A stretch of 64,000 bases of DNA from positions 2,344 to 66,343 of the forward strand of contig CAZWBA010000003.1 of the NCBI GenBank assembly GCA_964631955.1. The letters run 5' to 3'. This stretch comes from an uncultured Verrucomicrobiaceae bacterium (GTDB taxonomy: Bacteria > Pseudomonadota > Gammaproteobacteria > Pseudomonadales > CAMLJR01). The first letter of the stretch is position 1, and every line of letters begins with the position of its first letter. The translations under genes were made by a program, and so were the position numbers. Below the pieces are notes generated by a model, which did not search any database, had not been told where the DNA came from, and saw nothing but the letters and a program-made list of their open reading frames with translations. Below are positions 1 through 10,067 of the stretch, piece by piece.

Positions 1-352
1 TTTCGAGCTGGCGACGCTGCTGCTTGCTCGGCCGTTCGGGGGTCAATGGCGTACTCAGCGCGGCGGCTTTTCGCGTGGCGGCATTCTGCTCGCGCCGCCG
101 GACGCTGGCCTGCGTTTCAGCATAGAGCAGCCTTGCAGCGGCTGCCGGGCCGCGCTGATCGGCCATCGCCAGCACATCGACTTCAACCTCATCCCACCCC
201 TGTTCGATGAGCAGGCGCGCGCCGATCTCGACTTCCCGACTCACCTTGCAACGCTGCGAGTCATAGCGCACGCGGCCATTTTCGATCGCCTGCTTCGCCA
301 GATTGCGCGTTTTAAAAAAACGCGCAGCCCACAACCATTTGTCTATTCGCAT
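1..352 (-). CDS. hslR: Ribosome-associated heat-shock protein Hsp15 (S4-domain); 3' end cut by window edge
   Basis: Manual minus-strand translation from the ATG at 352 gives MRIDKWLWAARFFKTRNLAKQAIENGRVRYDSQRCKVSREVEIG..., the canonical Hsp15 N-terminus. Absent from the ORF track because it runs off the window. Lies next to yrfG as in E. coli. Confidence 0.8.
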   Translation of the reverse strand, partial: MRIDKWLWAARFFKTRNLAKQAIENGRVRYDSQRCKVSREVEIGARLLIEQGWDEVEVDVLAMADQRGPAAAARLLYAETQASVRRREQNAATRKAAALSTPLTPERPSKQQRRQLE

Positions 353-410
353 AACGGGGTAAGTCACATCACCGAGTAAGTCGCATCACGGGATAAATCG
401 CATAACAGAG

Positions 411-1088
411 TCAGACGGGCGGCGGCATGATCTCGTCGAAATGCAGAATACCGGGAAATTCGGTCTGCTCCCGATGCGCCTGCCGGCTATCGGGCTGCAG
501 CAGCGTGAGCAGATAACGAATACCGAAACGCTGCGCCGCATGCAGCACCGACGCGGAATCGTCGATAAACAGCGTGCGCTCCGGATCGAACGGATGCTCC
601 GCGCGCAAACGCTGCCAGAATTCCGCGCTCTCCTTGGGACTCGCGTAATCGTGCGAGCTGATGACGCGATCGAACCAGCGATCGATACCGGTCCGCGCGA
701 TTTTGATATCCAGACTTTTCCGATGCGCATTGGTGACGAGCCACACCTGACGCGGACTGTCGTGCAGTCGCTGCAGAAAATCCTCGACATGCGGCCGGAT
801 CGCAATCAGATGCCGAATCTCGCGCTTCAGTTCGCCGATATCGAGCTGCAGCTGCTGCGACCAGTAATCGACGCAATACCAGTTCAGCGTGCCGCGCTGC
901 GCGGCAAATATTTCGGCGAGATGCACACGCGCGTGTTCTTCATGCACGCCATGCCGCTGCGCATAACAGCGCGGCAGATATTCGATCCAGAAATGATTAT
1001 CGAAGTAGAGATCGAGCAGGGTGCCGTCCATATCCAACAGCACAGTGTCGACGTTATTCCAATCGGGAAAAGAAGACGTGGTTTTCAT
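411..1088 (-). CDS. yrfG: HAD-superfamily hydrolase, GMP/IMP nucleotidase YrfG-like
   Basis: 225-aa ORF. HAD motif I (VLLDMDGTLLD) and a late FIDDS motif. Adjacent to hslR. Confidence 0.8.
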   Translation of the reverse strand: MKTTSSFPDWNNVDTVLLDMDGTLLDLYFDNHFWIEYLPRCYAQRHGVHEEHARVHLAEIFAAQRGTLNWYCVDYWSQQLQLDIGELKREIRHLIAIRPHVEDFLQRLHDSPRQVWLVTNAHRKSLDIKIARTGIDRWFDRVISSHDYASPKESAEFWQRLRAEHPFDPERTLFIDDSASVLHAAQRFGIRYLLTLLQPDSRQAHREQTEFPGILHFDEIMPPPV

Positions 1089-1222
1089 GCCGTCATTATG
1101 CCTTCACAGACGCGCAAGCGATATGTGGACACCGTATTGATACAGCAGCCACACGGTATAACAGCGACACGATGCGGCACGTTTGTGTCAATATCCGGCT
1201 GCGGCATTACTAAAGAGTAATC

Positions 1223-1543
1223 TTGCACGGTCGATACTTGACTAAGCTTTCAGAACTCACCGGTTATCAACATTCCTGGATGGAACTCGGGCGCATGAGA
1301 AAAAAAGAAGAACGCAATGCTCTGCATCTACATCGACCACCGTCCCGCCGTGAAACGCTCGCCGGTGTACGGCTGCAGAATGTCGAAGCCATCAAAGCCA
1401 AGCTGCTCGAAGAAATTGTCGAGCTCGAGACTCAGCTCGACAAGCTGAAAATCTCGGGAAAAGCAATCGATCTCGCTCTTATCGAGACCTATCGCGAGAT
1501 GATTCGCAGCCGTCGCCAGTTCTTTTCCGAACTCAATCGCTGA
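1223..1543 (+). CDS. Small hypothetical protein (basic N-terminus, helical C-terminus)
   Basis: 106-aa ORF from TTG, with in-frame ATG alternatives at 1280 and 1295. No family recognised. Sits in an otherwise empty intergenic space. Confidence 0.4.
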   Translation: MHGRYLTKLSELTGYQHSWMELGRMRKKEERNALHLHRPPSRRETLAGVRLQNVEAIKAKLLEEIVELETQLDKLKISGKAIDLALIETYREMIRSRRQFFSELNR

Positions 1544-1678
1544 AGTTCAGCCATCTCCACTGACCACAGCGCAGATACAGATACAGATACAACCCGCAGA
1601 AACTGCCACGCCGCGATAGCGCAATCGCACAGCAACGATTATTTCGCGAGCGACTCGAATTATTTCGAGCGGCAGGAA

Positions 1679-2008
1679 TTATTTCGAAGACGAACAGGGC
1701 CAGACATCGCGCCACGCGCGCAATGCCAGGTTGGCGGCCGACAGATGCCGCATCTCCGGATGATTGTCGAGATAATCGATCGCCACCTGCACCACGACCT
1801 CGTCGCGAACGACATCGGGCGCACAAATCATGCTCGCCTTCTGCTGATGCGCGCCGCCCACGGCATGCGCAATACGCAAGCCGTCGAATACGCCGACGAA
1901 ATAACCACCACAGGCATTATCGGCGCAATACCGGTGCAGTTCTTCGCCACTCAGCGCAAACGCCACCGACGAACCCGACAGCAACAACCACAAAAACCCA
2001 CGCTTCAT
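1679..2008 (-). CDS. Periplasmic Rap1a/Tai4-like (type VI immunity-like) small protein
   Basis: ATG at 2008 gives MKRGFLWLLLSGSSVAFA, a signal peptide. The mature part follows the Rap1a-family pattern as I recall it: C..C.GY..GV.DG, then ICAP, then YL..HPE, then a terminal WPC. The track ORF starts 4 codons earlier at GTG 2020. Confidence 0.5.
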   Translation of the reverse strand: MKRGFLWLLLSGSSVAFALSGEELHRYCADNACGGYFVGVFDGLRIAHAVGGAHQQKASMICAPDVVRDEVVVQVAIDYLDNHPEMRHLSAANLALRAWRDVWPCSSSK

Positions 2009-2101
2009 CGACAGCGACACATTTGCAGCAGCAATTTTTTTATCGACATCATTTCATTCCAGCGGGAATTTTTTATTTCGCCACATAGTAATTTCCGGGC
2101 A

Positions 2102-3538
2102 TTAAAACGGCGCGCTGTGCGGCACGCGGGGATATGGAATCACATCGCGAATATTGTCCATACCGGTGACGTAATTGAGCAGACGCTCGAAGCCGAGCCC
2201 AAAACCCGCGTGCGGAACGGTGCCGTAGCGGCGCAAATCGCGATACCACCATAAATCGCCGCCGATTTTCATTTCCTGCATGCGCGCATCGAGCCGGTCG
2301 AGCCGTTCCTCGCGCTGACTGCCACCGATGATTTCGCCGATACCGGGCGCGAGAATATCCATCGCCGCGACGGTTTTGCCATCGTCGTTCTGGCGCATGT
2401 AAAACGCCTTGATGTCTTTCGGATAATTCATGACGATGAGCGGCGCTTTCACGTGCTCCTCGCATAAATAGCGTTCGTGCTCGGATTGCAGATCGAGCCC
2501 CCATTGCACGGGATACTGAAACTGTCTGCCACAATTTTGCAGCACGCGAACCGCTTCGCTGTAATCCATTCGCTCGAAATTTTTCTCCGCGACATGCTGC
2601 AATCGTTCGAGCACGGTTTTGTCGACGAACTCATTGAAGAATTTCAAATCGTCTTCGCAGCATTCGAGCAGAATATGAATCAGATGCCGCAGAAAATCTT
2701 CGGCGAGCGCGGCATCGTCGTGCAGATCGGCAAACGCGATTTCCGGCTCGACCATCCAGAATTCGGCGAGATGGCGGCTCGTGTTCGAATTTTCCGCGCG
2801 AAAGGTCGGGCCGAAGGTGTAGACCTTCGACATCGCGAGACAATACGCTTCAACATTGAGCTGTCCCGAAACTGTCAGAAATGTTTGCGCGCCAAAAAAA
2901 TCCTCGCCGAAATCGACCGCGCCCCTGTCGTCGCGCGGCAAATTTGCCAGATCGAGCGTACTCACGCGAAACAGCTCGCCCGCACCCTCGCAATCGCTCG
3001 CCGTGATGAGCGGCGTGTTGATCCACTGAAAACCATGCTCGAAAAAATAATTGTGTATCGCATTCGCAAGCACGGTGCGCACGCGCGTGATCGCGCCGAA
3101 GGTATTGGTGCGCGGACGCAGATGCGCGACAGTTCGCAGATATTCGAAGGTATGCCTTTTTTTTGCGATCGGATAACTTTCGGGATCGTCGACCCAGCCG
3201 ATCACTTCGATCGCATCGGCCTGAATCTCGAACGCCTGGCCCTGGCCTTGCGAACGCACGAGTTCGCCGCTCACCGCCACGGCGCAGCCCGCCGACAGTT
3301 GCAGCACGTCGCTTTGATAATTCGCAAGCGTGGCCGGCACCACGGCCTGAACCGACACGAGGCACGAACCGTCGTTGATCGCGAGAAATGAAATGCCGGC
3401 TTTCGAATCGCGCCGCGACCGCAACCAGCCCTGCACGCGGAGGCGGCGACCGAGCAATGATTCGTCGCTCAACACCGTTTGCACCGGAAACACATCGGCC
3501 CGTGCGCCGGCCGGGGTTGTGACGATATCGATGGCCAT
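2102..3538 (-). CDS. asnS: Asparaginyl-tRNA synthetase
   Basis: 478-aa ORF with class II aaRS motifs [21 protein letters not shown] and GFGLGFERL. Confidence 0.95.
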   Translation of the reverse strand: MAIDIVTTPAGARADVFPVQTVLSDESLLGRRLRVQGWLRSRRDSKAGISFLAINDGSCLVSVQAVVPATLANYQSDVLQLSAGCAVAVSGELVRSQGQGQAFEIQADAIEVIGWVDDPESYPIAKKRHTFEYLRTVAHLRPRTNTFGAITRVRTVLANAIHNYFFEHGFQWINTPLITASDCEGAGELFRVSTLDLANLPRDDRGAVDFGEDFFGAQTFLTVSGQLNVEAYCLAMSKVYTFGPTFRAENSNTSRHLAEFWMVEPEIAFADLHDDAALAEDFLRHLIHILLECCEDDLKFFNEFVDKTVLERLQHVAEKNFERMDYSEAVRVLQNCGRQFQYPVQWGLDLQSEHERYLCEEHVKAPLIVMNYPKDIKAFYMRQNDDGKTVAAMDILAPGIGEIIGGSQREERLDRLDARMQEMKIGGDLWWYRDLRRYGTVPHAGFGLGFERLLNYVTGMDNIRDVIPYPRVPHSAPF

Positions 3539-3717
3539 GAAAATTCTCCTGAAAAACGTCGCAGGCGGATGGTGACGGAACTAATCGTCGGGGAACGCGT
3601 CATGGTAACGCACTTCACGGCGCACAAAATATCCGCGCGGTGCCGCGCGCTGTCACCGATTCTTTCCTACAATTCAGTCTCTTTATCGTGAAGCCCGTTT
3701 CTGTTGTGAAATCTGCC

Positions 3718-4734
3718 ATGTTGTCCGACTTTTTTACCCAGCCACGCAATTCGCGCTTCGCTGCCTTCATCGCCGCCGCGCTGTTATTTTTCCTGCTGCT
3801 CGAACTCAAACTGCTCGTCGTCATGTACGCGGCGATGCTGGTATACGCGCTGGTCATTCTGCTCTCTTCGCATCTCATCGATCGCGGCGCGCAGGACGGC
3901 CATTCGCGCTGGTTCGCTGTGGTCTTCGTCGCCGTTCTGGTGGCATCGACACTGGTGGCAGCGGGCTTTGGGCTGCATCTGTTCCTGCGCAATGGCCTCA
4001 ACCTGCACGCGCTGCTGCTGCAGATGAGCGACATCATCGAATCCTCGCGCTCGTGGCTGCCGGAAATCATCAGCGCGAAACTGCCACAACAGGACGATCT
4101 GCTGGTGAGCGCAGGTTCGCTGCTGCGCCAGCATGCCGCAGACATCGGCACGGTCGGCCTGGGCGCGCTCAAGAATATCGGCTACACGCTGATCGGCATT
4201 CTGCTCGGTTCGATGTTCGCGATCAGCGCGCGCGTCGAGGCACACCGCCTCGGCCCGGTCAGCACCAACCTGATGGAGCAATTCATAGCGATAGAAAGCG
4301 CGTTCTGGCGGGTGCTGTCCGCGCAGGTACGCATCTCGGCGCTCAACACCGTTCTCACGGCAATCTATCTGATCGGTATTCTGCCCATGTTTGGCATCGA
4401 CCTGCCCTTCGCGAAAACGCTCATCGTCGTCACCTTCATCGCCGGGCTGCTGCCCGTCATCGGCAACCTGATTTCCAACACTGCCATCACCATTATCAGC
4501 ATCAGCCAGTCGCTACTCGTCGCCACGGCCTCGCTGACTTTCCTGATCGTGATTCACAAGCTCGAATATTTTGTAAACGCCCGCTTCGTCGGTCAGCAGA
4601 TCAACGCGAAACCGCACGAAATTCTCGTGATGATGCTGCTTATGGAAAGATTGTTCGGCCCCGCCGGCGTGGTGGCCGCGCCGGTGTTTTACGCCTGGCT
4701 GAAAGCGGAATGGCACCGCTGGGATGCGAGATAA
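3718..4734 (+). CDS. AI-2E family (PerM/UPF0118-like) membrane transporter
   Basis: Polytopic membrane ORF with the LLPVIGNLISN segment typical of AI-2E transporters. ATG at 3718; the track ORF opens earlier at 3640. Confidence 0.6.
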   Translation: MLSDFFTQPRNSRFAAFIAAALLFFLLLELKLLVVMYAAMLVYALVILLSSHLIDRGAQDGHSRWFAVVFVAVLVASTLVAAGFGLHLFLRNGLNLHALLLQMSDIIESSRSWLPEIISAKLPQQDDLLVSAGSLLRQHAADIGTVGLGALKNIGYTLIGILLGSMFAISARVEAHRLGPVSTNLMEQFIAIESAFWRVLSAQVRISALNTVLTAIYLIGILPMFGIDLPFAKTLIVVTFIAGLLPVIGNLISNTAITIISISQSLLVATASLTFLIVIHKLEYFVNARFVGQQINAKPHEILVMMLLMERLFGPAGVVAAPVFYAWLKAEWHRWDAR

Positions 4735-4749
4735 CGGGAAATACTGCGC

Positions 4750-6075
4750 TCAGCGCCAGCGCAGCCAGCACTCCTCGGGAAACGGTCCCTCCTTGTAATC
4801 CATCGCGCCGTCGGTGCGGATATCGTTGCGGCGGAAAATCTGTCGCATCATTTCGGGAATCATCACCATGCCGATGTAACGTCCCAGGCATTCGTGCGCA
4901 CCGAAACCAAAATGAAAATGGTTGTACCAGTTGCGATCCGGAATGAATTCATCGGGATTTTCGAACGCGCGCTTATCAAACATCGCCGACTGGGTCGCAA
5001 AGAAAACGTACGTGCCCGCGGGAATCGTGGTCGCGTAATCGGTACCGAGGCCGAGTGTGAAACCGCTGGCGGATTTACGAAACAGATACGGCGTGAACGG
5101 GCGGAAACGCAACGCTTCCCACACGATGCCATCGAACTCCGCCGGGTCATCCTTCTGTGCAGCCGCTTTGGCTCGCGCGCATAACTCATCGGACTTCAAT
5201 AAATATTCGACGGCCTGCCCGACCGCCTGCGCCGTGGTTTCGATCGCGCCGACCAGCAGACCGCCGATATTCACACCGAGTCGCGTGATATCGATGCCCA
5301 TCGCATCGGGAAAATTATTGCGCAGCAGCCGCGATACGATGTCGTCGCCGAGCGGCTCGTGCATCTTTCCGCGCAGGCGATTGACCACAATTCTCAGCTT
5401 GTACCACAGCGTGCGAATCACATTCGCTTTTTCAACCTTCACGGCAAGCAGACGGCGCGCCATCAGCCCGGCGATGTACATCCCCAGCTCGTTGCTCGCG
5501 CGCTTGTGCTCGCGCTCGATCCACTGCCGCTTCTTATCGTCGATCAAATCGAACGGCTGATTGTGGAAGGTGTTGTACTGCGCCCAATAGGACCAGTCGA
5601 TCAACGCTTTGCGATCGACGCCGGTGAAACCGAAATACTCCTGCACCAGCATCGCCGGCACCGCGCGGCAATAATCGTTGACGAATTCGATCCTGCCGTT
5701 TGCCTCATCGAGAAGGGTTTTGCCGAAACGTTCGATCATGCGGCGCACATCGGGCAGATCGTCGCGATTGAGCAGACTTTGCATCAGCGGCTTTTCGCGC
5801 GAATGCAGCGCGTCATCGTCGTGCGACATCAAATACAAACCGTCGAGCATCTTTGGCTTGTACAGCTCAACGGTAAATACTTTCGGCATGTTGAGCCCCT
5901 GTGTCACATCATCGAAGCGCGTGACCAGCGTGACCAGCGGCGTGACGAGAATGGGGCGGTGCTCGCGCAATTCCTTGAAGAACGGCAAAGGCTCTTCCCA
6001 CAGCCATTTATAGACGAGCGCATATTTTTCGGACTCGGGCGCGGCATCGTAACGCTCCAGATAATGGGTGCCCAT
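4750..6075 (-). CDS. Cytochrome P450
   Basis: 441 aa. Cys-ligand loop FGFGAHECLGRYIG, I-helix GAIETT, ExxR as EALR. Confidence 0.9.
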   Translation of the reverse strand: MGTHYLERYDAAPESEKYALVYKWLWEEPLPFFKELREHRPILVTPLVTLVTRFDDVTQGLNMPKVFTVELYKPKMLDGLYLMSHDDDALHSREKPLMQSLLNRDDLPDVRRMIERFGKTLLDEANGRIEFVNDYCRAVPAMLVQEYFGFTGVDRKALIDWSYWAQYNTFHNQPFDLIDDKKRQWIEREHKRASNELGMYIAGLMARRLLAVKVEKANVIRTLWYKLRIVVNRLRGKMHEPLGDDIVSRLLRNNFPDAMGIDITRLGVNIGGLLVGAIETTAQAVGQAVEYLLKSDELCARAKAAAQKDDPAEFDGIVWEALRFRPFTPYLFRKSASGFTLGLGTDYATTIPAGTYVFFATQSAMFDKRAFENPDEFIPDRNWYNHFHFGFGAHECLGRYIGMVMIPEMMRQIFRRNDIRTDGAMDYKEGPFPEECWLRWR

Positions 6076-6171
6076 CGATTCACCTCCTATCCATTTCGGT
6101 CGTTCGACCTTTCGTCGCTCAGGGATTGCGGCGCTCAGCCATCGCCCGCAATCTGTTTCGTTAGAAAAAAA

Positions 6172-8244
6172 CTACAGCGTTTTCAAATATTCGAGCAGAT
6201 CGAGCCGCGCCTCCCTGTCGAGCACGGGCAGTATGCGACCATCGGGCTGCGCGGTTCCGCCCGTCGTATATTCATGCCCTGCATTGCTGTTGCCGGGCAG
6301 ACTCGTGTCGAAGCTGAAACCTGCATAACCTTCATGACGCAAACCGACTTTATCGGGTTCGAATTCACGCGAACCGACGACGAAAGTATCGGGACGGTAT
6401 TCGCCATCCGCGGGATCGCCCGGACGTTTCTTCGGCAGCAACAAATCGTAAAGCGTCGGCACCGAACCATTGTGCAGATACGGCGCGGTGGCCCAGATAC
6501 CATTGAGCGGACGCGCCTTGTACGCAAATAACGATTTCAGTGGCTCGACACTGGTGTCGGGATCGTAAGTGCCGCCTTTCAGCGACGGTTCGATTTCGTT
6601 GGTGAAGAACGCATAAATCAGATCGTAGGCCCAGTTCACGCCGCGTCGAATCGGATTGTCGTAGGGGTACGGCGTCGCCACGGTACCCAGCGTCACTTTG
6701 GTCAACAGGGCGGCGGCGGGCGCGCGCTGATCGAGCAACAGCGAGCCCGCATCGATATCGACATATTCATTGCGCACGATGCCGCTCCAGCCGCCGTAAT
6801 ACACGCTGTTGCTCGCCATGCGCGGATCGGTGCCGATGCGTTCGAGACTCGATAATTGCGCGACTACGCGGCGATGCGGATCGTCGCGCTCCATTTCCGA
6901 GTGACACGCCAGACAATACTGGCCGAATAATTTCTCGCCGCGCCCGACGCGCGCGCGATCGATTTTCGGCAGGACATCCTCGGGCCATTGCGGCGACTGC
7001 AATTTCCACAGACGCTGCTCGAGGCGTCGCAAATTGTGCACGTTCACCGACGATTCGAAACTCACATGCGTCTTGAAACCCTGGCCCGTGATCAGCGATG
7101 AGATCGAAAAGCCCGGCTTGCGCGTCCAGTCGAGCGTGCCGAACACGCCGATCACCTCGCCCACATTTCTGCCGACCGCACCCAGCCCCGCGTTCGACGC
7201 AAGGCCGTTCCACTGCACATAATCGTGCTGCGGGATGTCCCATAAAAATGGATAGCTCACCGGCGCATTGGGCTGGTTGGCGATTTTATTTTTGAAGGCG
7301 ACGAGCTGTTCATCGGTGAGCATGCCGAAAATCTCATCGCGCTGAATACCGCTCAGCGTATTGTTTTCGTCACCGAGAATTGCGTCGAGTTTCGCCGCCG
7401 GCACCACGCCTTCCAGTTCGCGACGCAGCAGATCCGACGTCAGCACATGTTCGAGCACGCGATTGTAAATACGTCCGAATGCATCGAGCCGCGCATAACC
7501 GTACGCGGTATCGCTGGTATTGACGATGTTGTACGTGCGCAGACTCAGATTGGCGTATCTGAGTGCATCGAGCACGGCCTGCTCGTTGCGATAATTGCCG
7601 CGCGCAATCACACGCTGCACGAAGCGGTCGCGCACCGCCGCATCGTTTTGCGTGTGCAACAACGCCGCGGCGAGATCGCGGATGAACGAATCGAGATCCG
7701 CACCGCCGGGACCACCGTCGATACGCAGGCCGATGCCGTTGTAATTGATCTGCCCCGCATGACACGCCGCACAGGTCAGACCGATGTATTCGGTGCCGCG
7801 AAAAACATCCCTGACGAAGCCGACCGGCAGACCATCGGGGTTACGCTGCGTGGGATTCTGCGGCAGGTAGCGGTAGCGGTTGATGTTTTCATTATCGCGA
7901 AACAATGCCGTCGAACCGATCTGTTCGACTTCGAGAAACAGATCGTAGGGAATGAGATTGGAGCCCTGCGTAGTCGTGTAAAACCACAGCGTTTCTTCAG
8001 GCTGCCAGCCCTGATCGAGAAAACGAGTCTCGGTGAAACTATCGTTGAATATATCCTGCGTCACCGTTGCCGCGCCGCGCGTGACGTCCTTGTCGCGGAA
8101 ATCGTAATAATTTTCCTTGATGGCGATGTAGGCGAGCGGGATACCGATGATCAGCACGATGAGCCAGAAGACGGAAAAAACAACCAGCGCGCCGACGGTT
8201 TTCTCCATCGCCCACTCTTTGAATATCCGGATGAATTTACGCAT
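6172..8244 (-). CDS. Membrane-anchored di-haem cytochrome c, peroxidase/RoxA-like superfamily
   Basis: Two CXXCH motifs: CAACH at nt 7759-7773 and CLACH at nt 6901-6915. CcP/MauG-like APYLHNGSVPTLYDLL near the C-terminus. One N-terminal TM helix (VGALVVFSVFWLIVLIIGIPLAYIAI). ATG at 8244 is preceded by AAGGA; the track ORF extends to 8346. Confidence 0.7.
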   Translation of the reverse strand: MRKFIRIFKEWAMEKTVGALVVFSVFWLIVLIIGIPLAYIAIKENYYDFRDKDVTRGAATVTQDIFNDSFTETRFLDQGWQPEETLWFYTTTQGSNLIPYDLFLEVEQIGSTALFRDNENINRYRYLPQNPTQRNPDGLPVGFVRDVFRGTEYIGLTCAACHAGQINYNGIGLRIDGGPGGADLDSFIRDLAAALLHTQNDAAVRDRFVQRVIARGNYRNEQAVLDALRYANLSLRTYNIVNTSDTAYGYARLDAFGRIYNRVLEHVLTSDLLRRELEGVVPAAKLDAILGDENNTLSGIQRDEIFGMLTDEQLVAFKNKIANQPNAPVSYPFLWDIPQHDYVQWNGLASNAGLGAVGRNVGEVIGVFGTLDWTRKPGFSISSLITGQGFKTHVSFESSVNVHNLRRLEQRLWKLQSPQWPEDVLPKIDRARVGRGEKLFGQYCLACHSEMERDDPHRRVVAQLSSLERIGTDPRMASNSVYYGGWSGIVRNEYVDIDAGSLLLDQRAPAAALLTKVTLGTVATPYPYDNPIRRGVNWAYDLIYAFFTNEIEPSLKGGTYDPDTSVEPLKSLFAYKARPLNGIWATAPYLHNGSVPTLYDLLLPKKRPGDPADGEYRPDTFVVGSREFEPDKVGLRHEGYAGFSFDTSLPGNSNAGHEYTTGGTAQPDGRILPVLDREARLDLLEYLKTL

Positions 8245-8469
8245 GACAACATCCTTTTTGGATTTATTGAACTGACTGGGTTCCAGGAAAACCGAACGGG
8301 ATTCTGTTAAATCCGGTGGGGCTCGGTGAACCTGATGATTCGGCAAAAGTTTTTGAAATTCGCCAGCACTGTACCCAAAAGCATACAGCGAAAGAAGTGA
8401 TGTTTTACCACGCGCTATATTTCTTTTTTCTCAAAATTGCGTCGTCACTGGCAGTCTTTCGACTAATTA

Positions 8470-9609
8470 TCATAGTGCCAGCCGTTGCAGACAGCGACGA
8501 AAGGCCCGCAAATCATCGACGAATAATTGCGGCTGCTCCAGCGCAGCAAAATGTCCACCGCTCGGCATCTCGTTCCACTGCACGATATTGAAACTCCGCG
8601 CCACCAGACTGCGCGGCAGCGCGGCGATTTCCTTTGGAAACAAGGCAGCGGCGGTGGGTCGCGCAACGTACGCATCGGCCGGCACCGGCTCCTTGTATAA
8701 ACCGTTGTACAGCCACGTCGACGAGCCGAAGGTGTCGGTGACGAGGTAGATCATGATGTCGGTGATAATTTCATCCCGGCTGAATGTGTTCCATAAATTG
8801 CCGTCGGGCCTGTCGCTCCAGCGATGAAATTTTTCGAGAATCCAGGCCGCGATGCCGAGCGGGCTGTCGTGCATCGCATACGACAGCGTCAGCGGTTTGG
8901 TCGCCTGCAATACCATGTAACCGTTTTCGTTTTTCCAGTCATCGCGGTTGCGCTGCATCGCCGCTTTTTCTTCGGGCGTTTCCGGCCGCGCCGCACCGGC
9001 GCGCCAGAGCATCACGAAATTCAGATGCACCGCTGCGCAGCCTTCACCTTCATAGCCGAGCCAGCTTGAAATCGCCGAACCCCAATCGCCGCCCTGCGCA
9101 ATGTAATCGCGATAACCGAGCACGTCGGTCATGAGACGGTCGAATAATTTCGCCATCGTGCGCGGGCCGATCGCGGTTTTCGGCTTTGATGAAAATCCAT
9201 AACCCGGCAGCGACGGAATCACCACCGAGAATGCATCATCGCTGCGACCACCAAATTTTTCGGGATTTGTCAGCGGCTCGATCACCTTCATGAATTCGGC
9301 GAACGAACCCGGCCAGCCATGACTGAGAATCAGCGGCTTCGGATTATTCCCGGAACCGCGCACATGAATGAAATGAATAGCGTAATCGTTGATGCGCGCG
9401 ATAAATTGCGGCAGCGCGTTGAACGCGGCTTCGCGCTCGCGCCAGTCATATTTTTCGAGCCAGTAATCGACCAGCTCGCGCAGGGTTTCATGATCGGTGC
9501 CATAAGACCACGCAGCGCCCGCGGGCACATCGGGCCACGGCGCCGAACGCAGGCGCTGCGCAATCCAGTCGAGTTTCGCCTGCGGAATATCGATACGAAA
9601 TGGCTGCAT
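8470..9609 (-). CDS. Epoxide hydrolase (microsomal-type, alpha/beta hydrolase with N-terminal EH domain)
   Basis: 379 aa. N-terminal MQPFRIDIPQAKLDWIAQRL, HGWPGSF oxyanion motif, GGDWG nucleophile elbow. Confidence 0.85.
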   Translation of the reverse strand: MQPFRIDIPQAKLDWIAQRLRSAPWPDVPAGAAWSYGTDHETLRELVDYWLEKYDWREREAAFNALPQFIARINDYAIHFIHVRGSGNNPKPLILSHGWPGSFAEFMKVIEPLTNPEKFGGRSDDAFSVVIPSLPGYGFSSKPKTAIGPRTMAKLFDRLMTDVLGYRDYIAQGGDWGSAISSWLGYEGEGCAAVHLNFVMLWRAGAARPETPEEKAAMQRNRDDWKNENGYMVLQATKPLTLSYAMHDSPLGIAAWILEKFHRWSDRPDGNLWNTFSRDEIITDIMIYLVTDTFGSSTWLYNGLYKEPVPADAYVARPTAAALFPKEIAALPRSLVARSFNIVQWNEMPSGGHFAALEQPQLFVDDLRAFRRCLQRLAL

Positions 9610-9649
9610 GATCGTATGCCGTGCAATGCTTATTAAAATTCGAGCGCCA

Positions 9650-10051
9650 TTATGCCTGAGCCTTGCTCATTGCCGCCTGCATCTGCGGGATGATTCTGTC
9701 GCGTACGACGAACTGATTCATGTACTCGATGACATTGTCGATGCGCTCATCGCGAATTCGAAATAAAAACAAATGGGTATTATCGAACGGCTCGCCGGCC
9801 AGCGTTCCACGCGATGTGATTTCGGCAACGACACGATCGTCTTCCGCCGTCAGCGATACGATGTCGTACACCAGCGTGCCGGAAAAAATCGACGACAGAA
9901 TCTTCATCGCACCGTGAAAACGCGCCCTGTCCGCCGTACCCGAATTGACCGACCAGAACGTCATGTCCGGCGTCACCAGCGCATCGGGTACCTCACCCTT
10001 CGCTATCGCCAGAAAAAAATCGCGGACGAGTTGATGATTGCGTTCACGCAT
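9650..10051 (-). CDS. SnoaL-like / NTF2-fold protein
   Basis: ATG at 10051 is preceded by AAGGAG. About 133 aa with the small alpha+beta cone pattern (VRDFFLAIAKGE ... LFLFRIRDERIDNVIEYMN). The track ORF extends to 10126. Confidence 0.6.
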   Translation of the reverse strand: MRERNHQLVRDFFLAIAKGEVPDALVTPDMTFWSVNSGTADRARFHGAMKILSSIFSGTLVYDIVSLTAEDDRVVAEITSRGTLAGEPFDNTHLFLFRIRDERIDNVIEYMNQFVVRDRIIPQMQAAMSKAQA

Positions 10052-10067
10052 GGCCTGACTCCTTTTT

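Noticed and set aside
1572-1591. (AGATAC)x3 microsatellite
   Set aside because: Only three units with no spacers. Not a CRISPR or a regulatory array; probably neutral slippage.
4750-6075. P450 as a CYP74-type hydroperoxide-rearranging enzyme (allene oxide synthase-like)
   Set aside because: The I-helix retains the normal G-A-I-E-T-T oxygen-activation motif and the Cys loop has standard length, so it looks like an ordinary monooxygenase. The absence of an adjacent redox partner is not informative.
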